In this document: in pieces, positions 1 through 8,868 of the stretch | Layout: the number at the start of each line of letters is the position of its first letter | How positions within the stretch are numbered: the stretch's first letter is position 1 | Assembly (NCBI RefSeq): GCF_003259895.1 | Contig: NZ_QLME01000002.1 | Coordinates: 123,489 to 155,488, forward strand | DNA: 32,000 nucleotides | Origin: Halanaerobium saccharolyticum | GTDB lineage: Bacteria; Bacillota; Halanaerobiia; Halanaerobiales; Halanaerobiaceae | Direction of reading: 5' to 3' | The notes under the pieces: generated by a model | The model's input: only the letters and a program-made list of their open reading frames with translations | Database searches by the model: none | Told to the model about the DNA's origin: nothing | Program-made: the position numbers and the translations under genes

Positions 1-30
1 TTTTGGAGGAATTTACTTATTTTTACGTTT

Positions 31-76
31 AGGTACCTGGTACCAAAAACGATTTCGTGTACCTGGTACCAATAAA
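31..76. repeat. REP-like dispersed repeat, copy A: GGTACCTGGTACC-AAAAACGATTTCGT-GTACCTGGTACC
   Basis: Two GTACCTGGTACC units flank an AAAACGATTT core; the same layout recurs at about 23268-23314. Confidence 0.8.
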
Positions 77-96
77 TTAAAGTGGGAGTGGATAGA

Positions 97-1368
97 ATGA
101 ACATTCTTCTCATCGGTAGTGGTGGAAGAGAAAATGTACTTGCCTGGAAATTGGCTCAGAGCAGTAGAGTAGGGGAATTATATATTGCAGTAGGGAATCC
201 GGGTACTGCAGAATATGGTCAAAATCTTGATTTTGATGAAAGTAATCAGGAGGCACTATTAGAATTTGCCTTGAAAGAAAAAATTGATATTACAGTAGTT
301 GGCCCTGAGGCACCTTTAGCAGCTGGAATTGTCGATCTATTTGAAAAACACGGGCTTAAAGTATTTGGTCCCAGACAGAGTGCTGCTAGGCTTGAGAGTT
401 CAAAAGCATTTTCCAAAGAGTTAATGCAGAAATACCAGATTCCAACTGCAGAATATGAGAGCTTTACAGAAGCAGCCAAAGCAGTAGAGTATCTAAAACA
501 AAAAGGAGCTCCAATTGTAGTTAAGGCCTCAGGCCTGGCAGCAGGTAAAGGTGTTATTGTTGCTCAGACAGAGGCGGAGGCAGTAGAAGCGGTTGAGATA
601 ATTATGAAGGATGAAAAATTTGGAGCAGCAGGAGCCAAAGTTGTGATTGAAGAATTTTTAGAAGGTGAAGAAGCAACCATTCTTGCTTTCTGTGATGGTC
701 AGACTATAGTGCCCATGATTGCCTCCCAGGATCACAAACCTGCCTATGATGGGGGCAAAGGGCCTAATACTGGTGGGATGGGAGCTTATGCACCGGCTCC
801 AGTTGTGACCGAGCAGATTAAGGCAGATTTTAAAACTGAAATTATGGAACCAACACTGCAGGCTCTGCAGAGTGAGGGTTTAGAATTTAAGGGTATTATC
901 TATTTTGGTTTGATGATTAAAGATGGAAAAGCTAAGGTTTTAGAATATAATGTACGCTTTGGGGATCCCGAAGCACAGGTAGTATTACCTTTATTAGAAA
1001 CAGATCTGGTAGATGTAATGGAAGCTGTAATTGAAGGGAATTTAGATCAGATTGAAATTAAATGGAAAGATAAAAAAGCTCTCTGTGTGGTAATGGCTTC
1101 TGGAGGTTATCCGGTAGACTACGAAAAGGGCAAAGAAATCACCGGAATTAAAGCAGCTGAGGCAGCTGCAGATATAATTGTTTTTCAGGCGGGAACCAGG
1201 TTAGAAAATGGAAAACTCCTGACAGATGGCGGTCGGGTCCTGGCAGTCACAGCAATGGGAGAGAGCTTTCAAGAAGTAATTGATAAGGCCTATACAGGAG
1301 TAGAAAAAATTGATTTTGAAGATTTTCAGATTAGAAATGATATAGGACAGAAAGCACTGAAAAAATAA
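97..1368 (+). CDS. purD: Phosphoribosylamine--glycine ligase (PurD); likely start is the internal ATG at 97, not 82
   Basis: MNILLIGSGGRENVLAWKL N-terminus and the ATP-grasp motifs HKPAYDGGKGPNTGGMGAYAPAP and VLEYNVRFGDPEAQ; GGGAG-type RBS upstream of 97. Confidence 0.97.
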   Translation: MNILLIGSGGRENVLAWKLAQSSRVGELYIAVGNPGTAEYGQNLDFDESNQEALLEFALKEKIDITVVGPEAPLAAGIVDLFEKHGLKVFGPRQSAARLESSKAFSKELMQKYQIPTAEYESFTEAAKAVEYLKQKGAPIVVKASGLAAGKGVIVAQTEAEAVEAVEIIMKDEKFGAAGAKVVIEEFLEGEEATILAFCDGQTIVPMIASQDHKPAYDGGKGPNTGGMGAYAPAPVVTEQIKADFKTEIMEPTLQALQSEGLEFKGIIYFGLMIKDGKAKVLEYNVRFGDPEAQVVLPLLETDLVDVMEAVIEGNLDQIEIKWKDKKALCVVMASGGYPVDYEKGKEITGIKAAEAAADIIVFQAGTRLENGKLLTDGGRVLAVTAMGESFQEVIDKAYTGVEKIDFEDFQIRNDIGQKALKK

Positions 1369-1389
1369 ATTTAACCGGGAGGTTATAAT

Positions 1390-2553
1390 TTGAAATTTAA
1401 AGATAAGACCAGACAGAAGCTTGGAATTATCGGTGGTGGTCAGCTGGGTAAGATGATGATTTTAGAAGCCAAAAAAATGGGCTTTTATGTTACAATTTTA
1501 GATCCGACAAAGTCATGTCCGGCAGACAGCATTGCTGATCAGCACCTTGTGGCTGATTTTGATGATAGAGAGGCAATTAGAAAACTTGCTCAAAAATCGG
1601 ATTTAATTACTTATGAGTTTGAACATATTGAGGTTGAAGTTTTAAAAGAATTAGAAGCTGAAGATTATAAGATTTATCCAACAGCTCACAGTCTGGAGAT
1701 TATTCAAAATAAATTTCATCAAAAAAACATCTTAATAGAAGAGCAGATTGCCGTTCCAGACTTTAAAAAGGTTACAGATTCAGCTGATATTAAAGAAGCT
1801 GCTCAAGAATTTGGCTATCCACTGATGTTAAAAAGCTGTACAGGAGGTTATGATGGTAAGGGGAATGTGTTAATTGACAGTCAGGCTGAGGTAGATAGAG
1901 CTTTTCAGGAACTGGGATCAAGTAAAGCACCACTGATGGTGGAAAAATATATTCCCTTTAAAAAAGAAATTTCAATTATTGCAGCCCGTGGATTAAGTAA
2001 AGAAATGAAAGTTTATCCAATCGGAGAAAACGATCATCGGGATAATATACTGTACGAAACAAAAGTTCCAGCTGAGATTTCTTCAGAATTAGAGAAAAAA
2101 GCGGAAGAATTTGCTAAAGAAGTACTTGAAGTTTTTGCAGGGATAGGAATTTTTTGTGTGGAAATGTTTGTAACAGAAGCTGATGAGCTTTTAGTCAACG
2201 AAATTGCACCCAGACCCCATAATTCAGGCCATTATACAATTGAAAGCTGTGTAACCTCTCAGTTTGAACAGCATGTGAGAGCAATTACAGCTCTGCCGCT
2301 GGGAGATACTACTCTGCTGAGACCAGCAGTAATGCGCAATATTCTGGGCAGTGGAGAAAAAGGAAAAGCCGAGATAATCGGACTTGATCCAGCACTTGCA
2401 GTAGAAGGAGTAAAAGTTCATATTTATCAGAAGCAGATTTCCAGACCCGGTCGTAAAATGGGGCATTTAACAGTTACGGCAGACAGTCTGGATAAAGCAG
2501 CTGAGAGAGCTTTAAAAGCCAGTCAGTTAATTGAAATTAAGGGTGAAGTTTAA
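1390..2553 (+). CDS. purK: N5-carboxyaminoimidazole ribonucleotide synthase (PurK), TTG start
   Basis: LGIIGGGQLGKMM, GGYDGKGN and NEIAPRPHNSGHYTIE motifs; GGGAGG RBS; adjacent to purE. Confidence 0.96.
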   Translation: MKFKDKTRQKLGIIGGGQLGKMMILEAKKMGFYVTILDPTKSCPADSIADQHLVADFDDREAIRKLAQKSDLITYEFEHIEVEVLKELEAEDYKIYPTAHSLEIIQNKFHQKNILIEEQIAVPDFKKVTDSADIKEAAQEFGYPLMLKSCTGGYDGKGNVLIDSQAEVDRAFQELGSSKAPLMVEKYIPFKKEISIIAARGLSKEMKVYPIGENDHRDNILYETKVPAEISSELEKKAEEFAKEVLEVFAGIGIFCVEMFVTEADELLVNEIAPRPHNSGHYTIESCVTSQFEQHVRAITALPLGDTTLLRPAVMRNILGSGEKGKAEIIGLDPALAVEGVKVHIYQKQISRPGRKMGHLTVTADSLDKAAERALKASQLIEIKGEV

Positions 2554-2577
2554 ATAAAATTAGGGAGGTCAAATTTG

Positions 2578-3108
2578 ATGAAGCCTAAAGTAGGAATTAT
2601 TATGGGTAGTGATTCTGATCTGCCGGTAATGAAAGAGGCAGCAGAAATTTTAGATCAATTTGAGGTGGAATATGAGCTGACAGTTGTTTCAGCCCACAGG
2701 ACACCTGATAGACTATATAATTATGCGGAAACTGCAGAAGAAAAAGGCTTAGATGTGATTATAGCTGGAGCTGGAGGTGCAGCCCATCTTCCGGGTATGG
2801 TGGCAGCAGTGACAACTGTACCTGTAATTGGAGTTCCAGTTAAAACTTCAAAATTGAGTGGGCTTGATTCACTTTATTCCATAGTTCAGATGCCGCCTGG
2901 AGTTCCAGTGGCCACAGTTGCTATTAATGGGGCCAAAAATGCCGCTTTACTGGCAGTACAAATTTTAGCCCGCAGCGACGAAGAGTTAAATAAAAAACAG
3001 AAAGAATATCGTAGAGAAATGAAAGAAAAAGTACTGGCTGCAGCCGAAAAAGTAGAAGATATGGGATATGCAGAATACCTTGAGAGGAGCGAAAAATTTG
3101 CAGAATAG
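2578..3108 (+). CDS. purE: N5-CAIR mutase (PurE, class I)
   Basis: [22 protein letters not shown] and [13 protein letters not shown] motifs; GGGAGG RBS; ATG at 2578. Confidence 0.97.
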   Translation: MKPKVGIIMGSDSDLPVMKEAAEILDQFEVEYELTVVSAHRTPDRLYNYAETAEEKGLDVIIAGAGGAAHLPGMVAAVTTVPVIGVPVKTSKLSGLDSLYSIVQMPPGVPVATVAINGAKNAALLAVQILARSDEELNKKQKEYRREMKEKVLAAAEKVEDMGYAEYLERSEKFAE

Positions 3109-4510
3109 AGATATTTTTGCTAATATAAGTCCGCTTGATCACCGTTATTCAAGGAGAAAAAAGGATTTTGATGAGATTGGAAAATACCTTTCCGAAAATG
3201 CAACAATTACTTTTCAGGCAGAGGTAGAGCTGGCCTTAGTTAAGGTGCTGGCCAGAAGAGGAATGGCTCCAGAGCAGACTCCCGCTGAAGTTAAAAAAGC
3301 GATTGAAGAATTAACTACAGAAGAGGTTTACGAAGAAGAAGCGAAAACCAAACATAATATCAGAGCCTTAGTTAACTGTATTCAAAAAAAGGTCAGTAAA
3401 GAATGCCGCCCCTATATCCACTTCACAGCTACTTCTTATGATATTGTAGATACAGCCAATTCACTTCGCTATCAGAAGGCAGCTGCAGAATTAATTATAC
3501 CTAAATTAAAAGAATTACATAAAAGCTGGGCAGAGATTGCCCTGCGAGAAAAGGATAGAGTCCAGATTGGAAGAACCCACGGTCAGCATGCAGTACCGGT
3601 TACTTTTGGTTTCACTATCGCTGAATATGTAGCCCGTCTGGGAGAAAGAATAGAAGAAGTTGAAGCCAAAGCAGATAAACTTGTCGGTAAATTTGCAGGA
3701 GCAGTTGGAGCTTATAATGCCAGCGGTATCTTTTTTGAAGATCCGGAAGAGTTTGAAAAGGAAGTCCTGGCTGAACTGGGCTTAAAGCCAGGAGAGCATT
3801 CAACTCAGATAGTTCAGGCTGAGCCGATGACAGATTTTATTCACTCTCTTGTTTCAACCTTTGGTGTGCTGGCAGCCTTTGCTGATGATATGCGCCAGCT
3901 GCAGCGATCTGAAATTGCAGAAATTGGTGAGCATTTTGGCAAAGATCAGGTTGGTTCTTCAACCATGCCCCACAAGCGGAATCCGATTAACTACGAAAAT
4001 GTAAAAAGTTTATGGAAGGCTTTTATGCCTCAGATGACTACAGTTTATATGGACCAGTTATCTGAACACCAGCGGGACCTGACCAATTCAGCTTCTTCCC
4101 GCTTTATTCCGGAGCTGATAACTGCTTTACTTTCTGCAGCAGCCAGATTGACCAGAGTTAGTTCCAAGATGGCAGTAGATCAGGAAAATATTAAGAAAAA
4201 CTTTGAACAGAATAAAAAAATGATTGTAGCTGAACCTTTATATATTATCTTAGCAGCCGCCGGTCATCCAGATGCCCATGAGGCAGTACGGAAGCTGACC
4301 TTAAAAGCTCAGGAGACTGATCTTTCTTTAAAAGAACTGGTGGCTCAGAGCAGGGAGCTGCAGGGATACTGGGAAAACTTTGCCGAGCGTCAGAAAGAAT
4401 TAATTTTAAAACCGGAAAAGTATACAGGTATTGCCGCGGAGAAAACAGAGAAGATAGTTAAAAACTGGCAGCAAAAATTTGATTATGATCTCAAAACGGA
4501 GGTTTTATAA
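3098..4510 (+). CDS. purB: Adenylosuccinate lyase (PurB); likely TTG start at 3098, overlapping the purE end
   Basis: Signature [16 protein letters not shown]; [10 protein letters not shown]-terminus; GAGAGGAG RBS just upstream of the TTG at 3098, in frame with the longer ORF starting at 3068. Confidence 0.95.
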   Translation: MQNRDIFANISPLDHRYSRRKKDFDEIGKYLSENATITFQAEVELALVKVLARRGMAPEQTPAEVKKAIEELTTEEVYEEEAKTKHNIRALVNCIQKKVSKECRPYIHFTATSYDIVDTANSLRYQKAAAELIIPKLKELHKSWAEIALREKDRVQIGRTHGQHAVPVTFGFTIAEYVARLGERIEEVEAKADKLVGKFAGAVGAYNASGIFFEDPEEFEKEVLAELGLKPGEHSTQIVQAEPMTDFIHSLVSTFGVLAAFADDMRQLQRSEIAEIGEHFGKDQVGSSTMPHKRNPINYENVKSLWKAFMPQMTTVYMDQLSEHQRDLTNSASSRFIPELITALLSAAARLTRVSSKMAVDQENIKKNFEQNKKMIVAEPLYIILAAAGHPDAHEAVRKLTLKAQETDLSLKELVAQSRELQGYWENFAERQKELILKPEKYTGIAAEKTEKIVKNWQQKFDYDLKTEVL

Positions 4511-4513
4511 AAG

Positions 4514-5233
4514 ATGGAAAAAAAAGAAATGCTCTATGAGGGAAAGGCCAAGCAGATTTTTAGTACAGATCAGGATGATCAGGTAATTGTGCACTTTAAA
4601 GATGATGCAACTGCCTTTGACGGTCAAAAAAAAGGTCAGATTGCAGAAAAGGGTAAGATTAATAATAAAATCAGCAATTTCTTTTTTAAGCTTTTAGAAG
4701 CAAAGGGTATCAAAACTCATTTAATAGAGGAATTGAATGAGCGTGATTCTCTTGTTAAAAAAGTAGAGATAATACCGCTGGAAGTTGTAATGCGCAATGT
4801 TGCAGCCGGCAGTCTGGCCAAAAGAGTTGGGATGGAAGAAGGGACTCCGCTTGAGCAGCCGGTTATTGAATTTTACTATAAAGATGATGAACTGGGAGAC
4901 CCTCTAATCAATGTTTCTCATATTGAGCTTTTAGGACTGGCCGGCCGCGAAGAGCTGGAAAGACTGATTGCACTCGGTCATAAAATTAATGATATTTTAG
5001 TTAAATTTCTAAAAGAGCGGAATGTAGACCTTGTTGACTTTAAACTGGAGTTTGGAAAAACAGCAGAGGGAGAAATTATCCTTGCTGATGAAATTACTCC
5101 TGATACCTGCCGCTTCTGGGATAGTGAATCTAAAGAAAAACTGGATAAGGACCGTTTCCGCCGTGATCTTGGTGATGTTGAAGAAGCTTATCATGAAATG
5201 TATAAGCGGATTACCGGCCAGGACTGGAAATAA
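4514..5233 (+). CDS. purC: SAICAR synthetase (PurC)
   Basis: LYEGKAKQIF, VEVVMRNVAAGSLAKR-like and LADEITPDTCRFWD motifs. Confidence 0.97.
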   Translation: MEKKEMLYEGKAKQIFSTDQDDQVIVHFKDDATAFDGQKKGQIAEKGKINNKISNFFFKLLEAKGIKTHLIEELNERDSLVKKVEIIPLEVVMRNVAAGSLAKRVGMEEGTPLEQPVIEFYYKDDELGDPLINVSHIELLGLAGREELERLIALGHKINDILVKFLKERNVDLVDFKLEFGKTAEGEIILADEITPDTCRFWDSESKEKLDKDRFRRDLGDVEEAYHEMYKRITGQDWK

Positions 5234-5521
5234 GCTAATCAGCTAATAATTAATAAGGATTCTATTTTATTAAAACAGAATATATCTCTTTCCATAGTAA
5301 TTTTAAAATGAATCTAAAATTCTAATTTCGCCTTAAATTGGACTACCTTCCCGATCACAGCCTCCTGCTGTGCGGTCAGTTCAGGACTTCGTGTCCTTCA
5401 GTCCAATTTAATACTCATTATCATCAAGATTCATTATTTAAAATTCCTGGTCTTTCGATATACTCTGTTTAGAATAAAATAGATTTCATTTAATAATATT
5501 TATACCTGATTAGCTTATTCC
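5226..5521. repeat. 296-bp nested imperfect palindrome with a branched core (structured RNA or MITE-like element)
   Basis: Paired arms: GGAAATAAGCTAATCAG (5226-5242)/CTGATTAGCTTATTCC (5506-5521); ATTCTATTTTATTAAAACAGAATATATC (5259-5286)/GATATACTCTGTTTAGAATAAAATAGAT (5457-5484); AATTTTAAAATGAATCT (5299-5315)/AGATTCATTATTTAAAATT (5427-5445); TTAAATTGGACT (5333-5344)/AGTCCAATTTAA (5400-5411, perfect 12 bp). Two inner hairpins: CACAGC/GCTGTG and AGGAC/GTCCT. Confidence 0.85.
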
Positions 5522-5641
5522 ATCCTGTCCGGATGGGTTAGAAGGATAACTATCACAAGAATTAAGTTGAATTAGAATAAAACTATAGAGTCGTTAAATA
5601 TATATTTCTTTAAAAAATAAATATAAGCATAACTTTATAGA

Positions 5642-5662
5642 AGCTTATTTCCAGCCTGGCGG
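5642..5662. repeat. Second inverted copy of the outer arm (AGCTTATTTCCAGCCTGGCGG)
   Basis: Its reverse complement, CCGCCAGGCTGGAAATAAGCT, matches 5214-5236 (CCGGCCAGGACTGGAAATAAGCT) apart from two 1-nt gaps. Confidence 0.75.
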
Positions 5663-5725
5663 TAGTTGGATCAGGGAGCAAAATTGATTTTAAATTATTT
5701 TTTAGTATTAAAGGGAGGAAAATTA

Positions 5726-7201
5726 ATGAGAGAAAGCTGTAATTTCTCTAAAGAAGCAAATAAAGTTCAGCCGGGTTCAAATGAGGTAGAGTTAACTCAG
5801 GCTGAGCTAAATGAAGATAAAATGAGCGAAGAATGTGGAGTTTTTGGCATTTTTAATGCTGATGGTGAAAGCAGTGCGGCAGAACTAACCTATCTGGGGC
5901 TGATTGCCCTGCAGCATAGAGGCCAGGAAAGCGCAGGTATTTGTGCCAATTATCAGGGAGAATTCAATCTGCATAAGAGTATGGGGCTGGTAGAGAGTGC
6001 TTTTGAAAAAGAAGATATTCGGAATTTAAAAGGTGAGATGGCAATCGGCCATGTCCGTTATTCTACCAGTGGTTCCAGCAAGCTTGCCAATGCCCAGCCA
6101 ATTTTAATCAACAGTATGAAAGGTGATCTGGCTCTGGCCCATAATGGTAATCTGGCCAATGGAGCAGAACTCAGAAACAATTTAGAAAGCAATGGTTCGA
6201 TTTTTCATTCTACTTTAGATACTGAGGTTATTGCTCACCTGGTAGCCCGATCCTTTGAAGATGATATTGTAGAAGCTTTAATCCAGAGCCTACATCAGTT
6301 AAAAGGTGGATTTTCGCTGGTGGCAATGACCAAAGATGAGCTGGTTGCTATTCGGGATCCTCGCGGTTTTAGACCACTTTCGATTGGGAAATTGGATAAC
6401 AGCTACATTGTGGCCTCAGAAAGCTGTGCATTTGATATTATTGGAGCTGAATTTGTGCGGGATGTTAACCCTGGTGAGGTTGTTGTAATTGATGAAGATG
6501 GAATTAACAGCAGGCGCTATACAGGTGAAAATGAGACCAGTCTCTGTGTTTTTGAATATATATATTTTGCCCGTCCTGACAGTAATATTTCCGGCCAGAA
6601 TGTACTGCTGGCCCGCAAAGAAATGGGGAAACAGCTGGCCCGGGAGATGGATGTTGAAGCTGATATTGTGGTGCCTGTACCTGATTCGGGAATTGCAGCA
6701 GCCTTAGGTTTTGCCGAAGAATCTGGAATCCCCTATGCTCAGGGTATTTTAAGGAACCGATATATGGGGAGGACTTTTATTCAGCCGACTCAGGAGATTA
6801 GAGATTTAAAAGTCAGATTAAAACTATCACCAATTAAAGAAATTATTAAAGATAAAAAAGTGATTTTAATAGATGATTCAATTGTCAGAGGGACAACCAG
6901 CAAGCAGATTATTGGGCGGATCAAAGAAGCGGGAGCCAAAGAAGTGCATATGGCTATTTCTTCACCACCTGTTGAACATCCCTGCTATTTTGGACTTGAT
7001 ACCTCACGCCGTCAGGAACTTATTGCCAGCAGTAATTCTGTAGAGGAAATAAGTGAACGCATCGGAGCTGACAGCCTTCATTACTTGAGCAAGCAGGGGA
7101 TGCTCCAATCAATTAAGACTGAAGTGGAGCTCGGATTCTGTACAGCCTGTTTTGATGGAGATTATCCGATAGACAGCCGCTACTTAAGTGAGGAGGAATA
7201 A
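5726..7201 (+). CDS. purF: Amidophosphoribosyltransferase (PurF), Fe-S/propeptide type
   Basis: CGVFGIFNADG N-nucleophile preceded by a propeptide; VPVPDSGIAAALGFAEESGIPY and KVILIDDSIVRGTTSKQI PRPP motif; AAAGGGAGG RBS. Confidence 0.96.
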   Translation: MRESCNFSKEANKVQPGSNEVELTQAELNEDKMSEECGVFGIFNADGESSAAELTYLGLIALQHRGQESAGICANYQGEFNLHKSMGLVESAFEKEDIRNLKGEMAIGHVRYSTSGSSKLANAQPILINSMKGDLALAHNGNLANGAELRNNLESNGSIFHSTLDTEVIAHLVARSFEDDIVEALIQSLHQLKGGFSLVAMTKDELVAIRDPRGFRPLSIGKLDNSYIVASESCAFDIIGAEFVRDVNPGEVVVIDEDGINSRRYTGENETSLCVFEYIYFARPDSNISGQNVLLARKEMGKQLAREMDVEADIVVPVPDSGIAAALGFAEESGIPYAQGILRNRYMGRTFIQPTQEIRDLKVRLKLSPIKEIIKDKKVILIDDSIVRGTTSKQIIGRIKEAGAKEVHMAISSPPVEHPCYFGLDTSRRQELIASSNSVEEISERIGADSLHYLSKQGMLQSIKTEVELGFCTACFDGDYPIDSRYLSEEE

Positions 7202-7203
7202 CT

Positions 7204-8238
7204 GTGGGACTAGATTACAAAAAAGCCGGAGTCGATATTGATGCCGGCAATCAGGCAGTTGAACTGATTAAAAATGATGTGCAGTCTACTTTTGGTCCGG
7301 AAGTAATGACCGGACTGGGTGGTTTTGGTGGTCTTTTTAAGCCTGACTTAAGCAATTATCAGAATCCGGTTTTAGTTTCAGGTACAGATGGAGTTGGAAC
7401 AAAACTCAAACTTGCCTTTAAACTGGATCTTCACAATACAATTGGCATTGATTTAGTTGCCATGTCAGTAAATGATATATTAGCTCAGGGAGCACAACCC
7501 TTGTTTTTTCTTGACTATCTGGCAGCTGGAAAACTGGAGCCGGAAAAAACAGCGGAGATTGTAAAAGGAATCGCTGCCGGCTGTAAACAGGCTGGAGCAG
7601 CTTTAATTGGTGGAGAGACTGCAGAAATGGCAGGTTTTTATCAGCCGGGAGAATATGATCTGGCGGGTTTTGCAGTTGGTATTGTGGATCAGGATCAAAT
7701 TATCACCGGAGCTGAGATTAAAGAAGGCGACTTAGTTATTGGACTTAAATCAGATGGTCTGCACAGCAATGGTTTTACCCTGGCTCGAGCAGCACTTTTT
7801 GATAAAGCAGGTTTTGACTACACTGCAGAAGTTAAAGGGCTGGAAAAGAATCTAGGAGAAGAACTGCTCCGCCCAACCAAAATTTATGTAAAAACTGTGC
7901 TGTCTCTGCTTGAAAAATATGAAATCAAAGGAATTGCCCATATCACCGGTGGTGGTTTAATAGAAAACTTACCTCGCATTCTGCCAGAAGGTTTAAAAGC
8001 TGAAATCAAAAAAGACAGCTGGCAGCCACAGCAAATCTTTGAGCTGATTCAGGAAGCAGGAGAGATTGCAGAAAAAGAAATGTACAGAACCTTTAATATG
8101 GGAATCGGAATGACCTTAGTCATAGATAAAGCTGATAAAGATGAAATACTTAAAGAACTTGAGAAAATGGGAGAAAAAGCCTGCCTGATTGGTGAAATAA
8201 AAGCAGGAGCTGCAGACACATCTCTCGAAATAAAATAA
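7204..8238 (+). CDS. purM: AIR synthetase (PurM), GTG start
   Basis: YKKAGVDIDAGN, GTDGVGTKLKLA and GGETAEMAGFY motifs. Confidence 0.97.
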   Translation: MGLDYKKAGVDIDAGNQAVELIKNDVQSTFGPEVMTGLGGFGGLFKPDLSNYQNPVLVSGTDGVGTKLKLAFKLDLHNTIGIDLVAMSVNDILAQGAQPLFFLDYLAAGKLEPEKTAEIVKGIAAGCKQAGAALIGGETAEMAGFYQPGEYDLAGFAVGIVDQDQIITGAEIKEGDLVIGLKSDGLHSNGFTLARAALFDKAGFDYTAEVKGLEKNLGEELLRPTKIYVKTVLSLLEKYEIKGIAHITGGGLIENLPRILPEGLKAEIKKDSWQPQQIFELIQEAGEIAEKEMYRTFNMGIGMTLVIDKADKDEILKELEKMGEKACLIGEIKAGAADTSLEIK

Positions 8239-8251
8239 AGAAGGTGTAAAA

Positions 8252-8866
8252 ATGCTTAAAATAGCTGTTTTTGCCTCAGGCAGAGGCTCAAATTTTCAAT
8301 CTATTATTGACAATATAAAAAGTGGAGCCATTCCGGCAGTAATAAAACTTTTAATCAGTGATACTCAGGATGCTGGTGCTTTAAAAAGAGCAGAACACGA
8401 AGATATAGAGCACCTGTTTATTAATCCAGATCATTTTGAAACAAAAGCTGATTACGAAGAAGAACTGATTGGACTTCTAAAAAATGCCGGAGTTGAACTT
8501 GTAGTTCTGGCAGGGTATATGCGGATCTTATCACCACTTTTTGTGCAAGAATTTAAAAATCAGATTATCAATATTCATCCTTCACTCTTACCTGCTTTTA
8601 AAGGCTTAGATGCTCAAAAACAGGCTGTAGATTATGGGGTTAAATACAGCGGCTGCACCGTTCATTTTGTGGATCAAGGTATGGATACCGGTCCAATTAT
8701 CAAACAGGCAGTGGTGGAAGTTAAAGCAGATGACACCGCTGATGATCTGGCAGCCAGAATTTTAAAAAAAGAACATAAAATTTATCCTGAGGCAGTCAAA
8801 CTAATTGCAGAAGGTAGAATTAAGATTGAAGGACGGAAAGTTAAAATTCTAAAGGAGGAAAAATAA
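8252..8866 (+). CDS. purN: Phosphoribosylglycinamide formyltransferase (PurN)
   Basis: VFASGRGSNFQ, INIHPSLLPAFKG and YSGCTVHFVDQGMDTGPII motifs. Confidence 0.97.
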   Translation: MLKIAVFASGRGSNFQSIIDNIKSGAIPAVIKLLISDTQDAGALKRAEHEDIEHLFINPDHFETKADYEEELIGLLKNAGVELVVLAGYMRILSPLFVQEFKNQIINIHPSLLPAFKGLDAQKQAVDYGVKYSGCTVHFVDQGMDTGPIIKQAVVEVKADDTADDLAARILKKEHKIYPEAVKLIAEGRIKIEGRKVKILKEEK

Positions 8867-8868
8867 CT

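Noticed and set aside
246-479. Antisense ORFs inside coding genes (for example 246-479, 2224-2466, 9368-9592, 11365-11619, 29617-30207)
   Set aside because: They lie opposite strongly conserved genes, have low-complexity or codon-mirror composition, and lack convincing RBSs.
5009-5246. ORFs 5009-5194(-) and 5031-5246(+) overlapping the purC 3' end
   Set aside because: Out-of-frame readings of the conserved purC coding sequence with no family resemblance.
5234-5725. Known purine-related riboswitch in the purC-purF gap
   Set aside because: The conserved loop and junction sequences of the purine, ZTP, PRPP or THF riboswitches that I can recall are not visible. Infernal would be needed to exclude distant variants.
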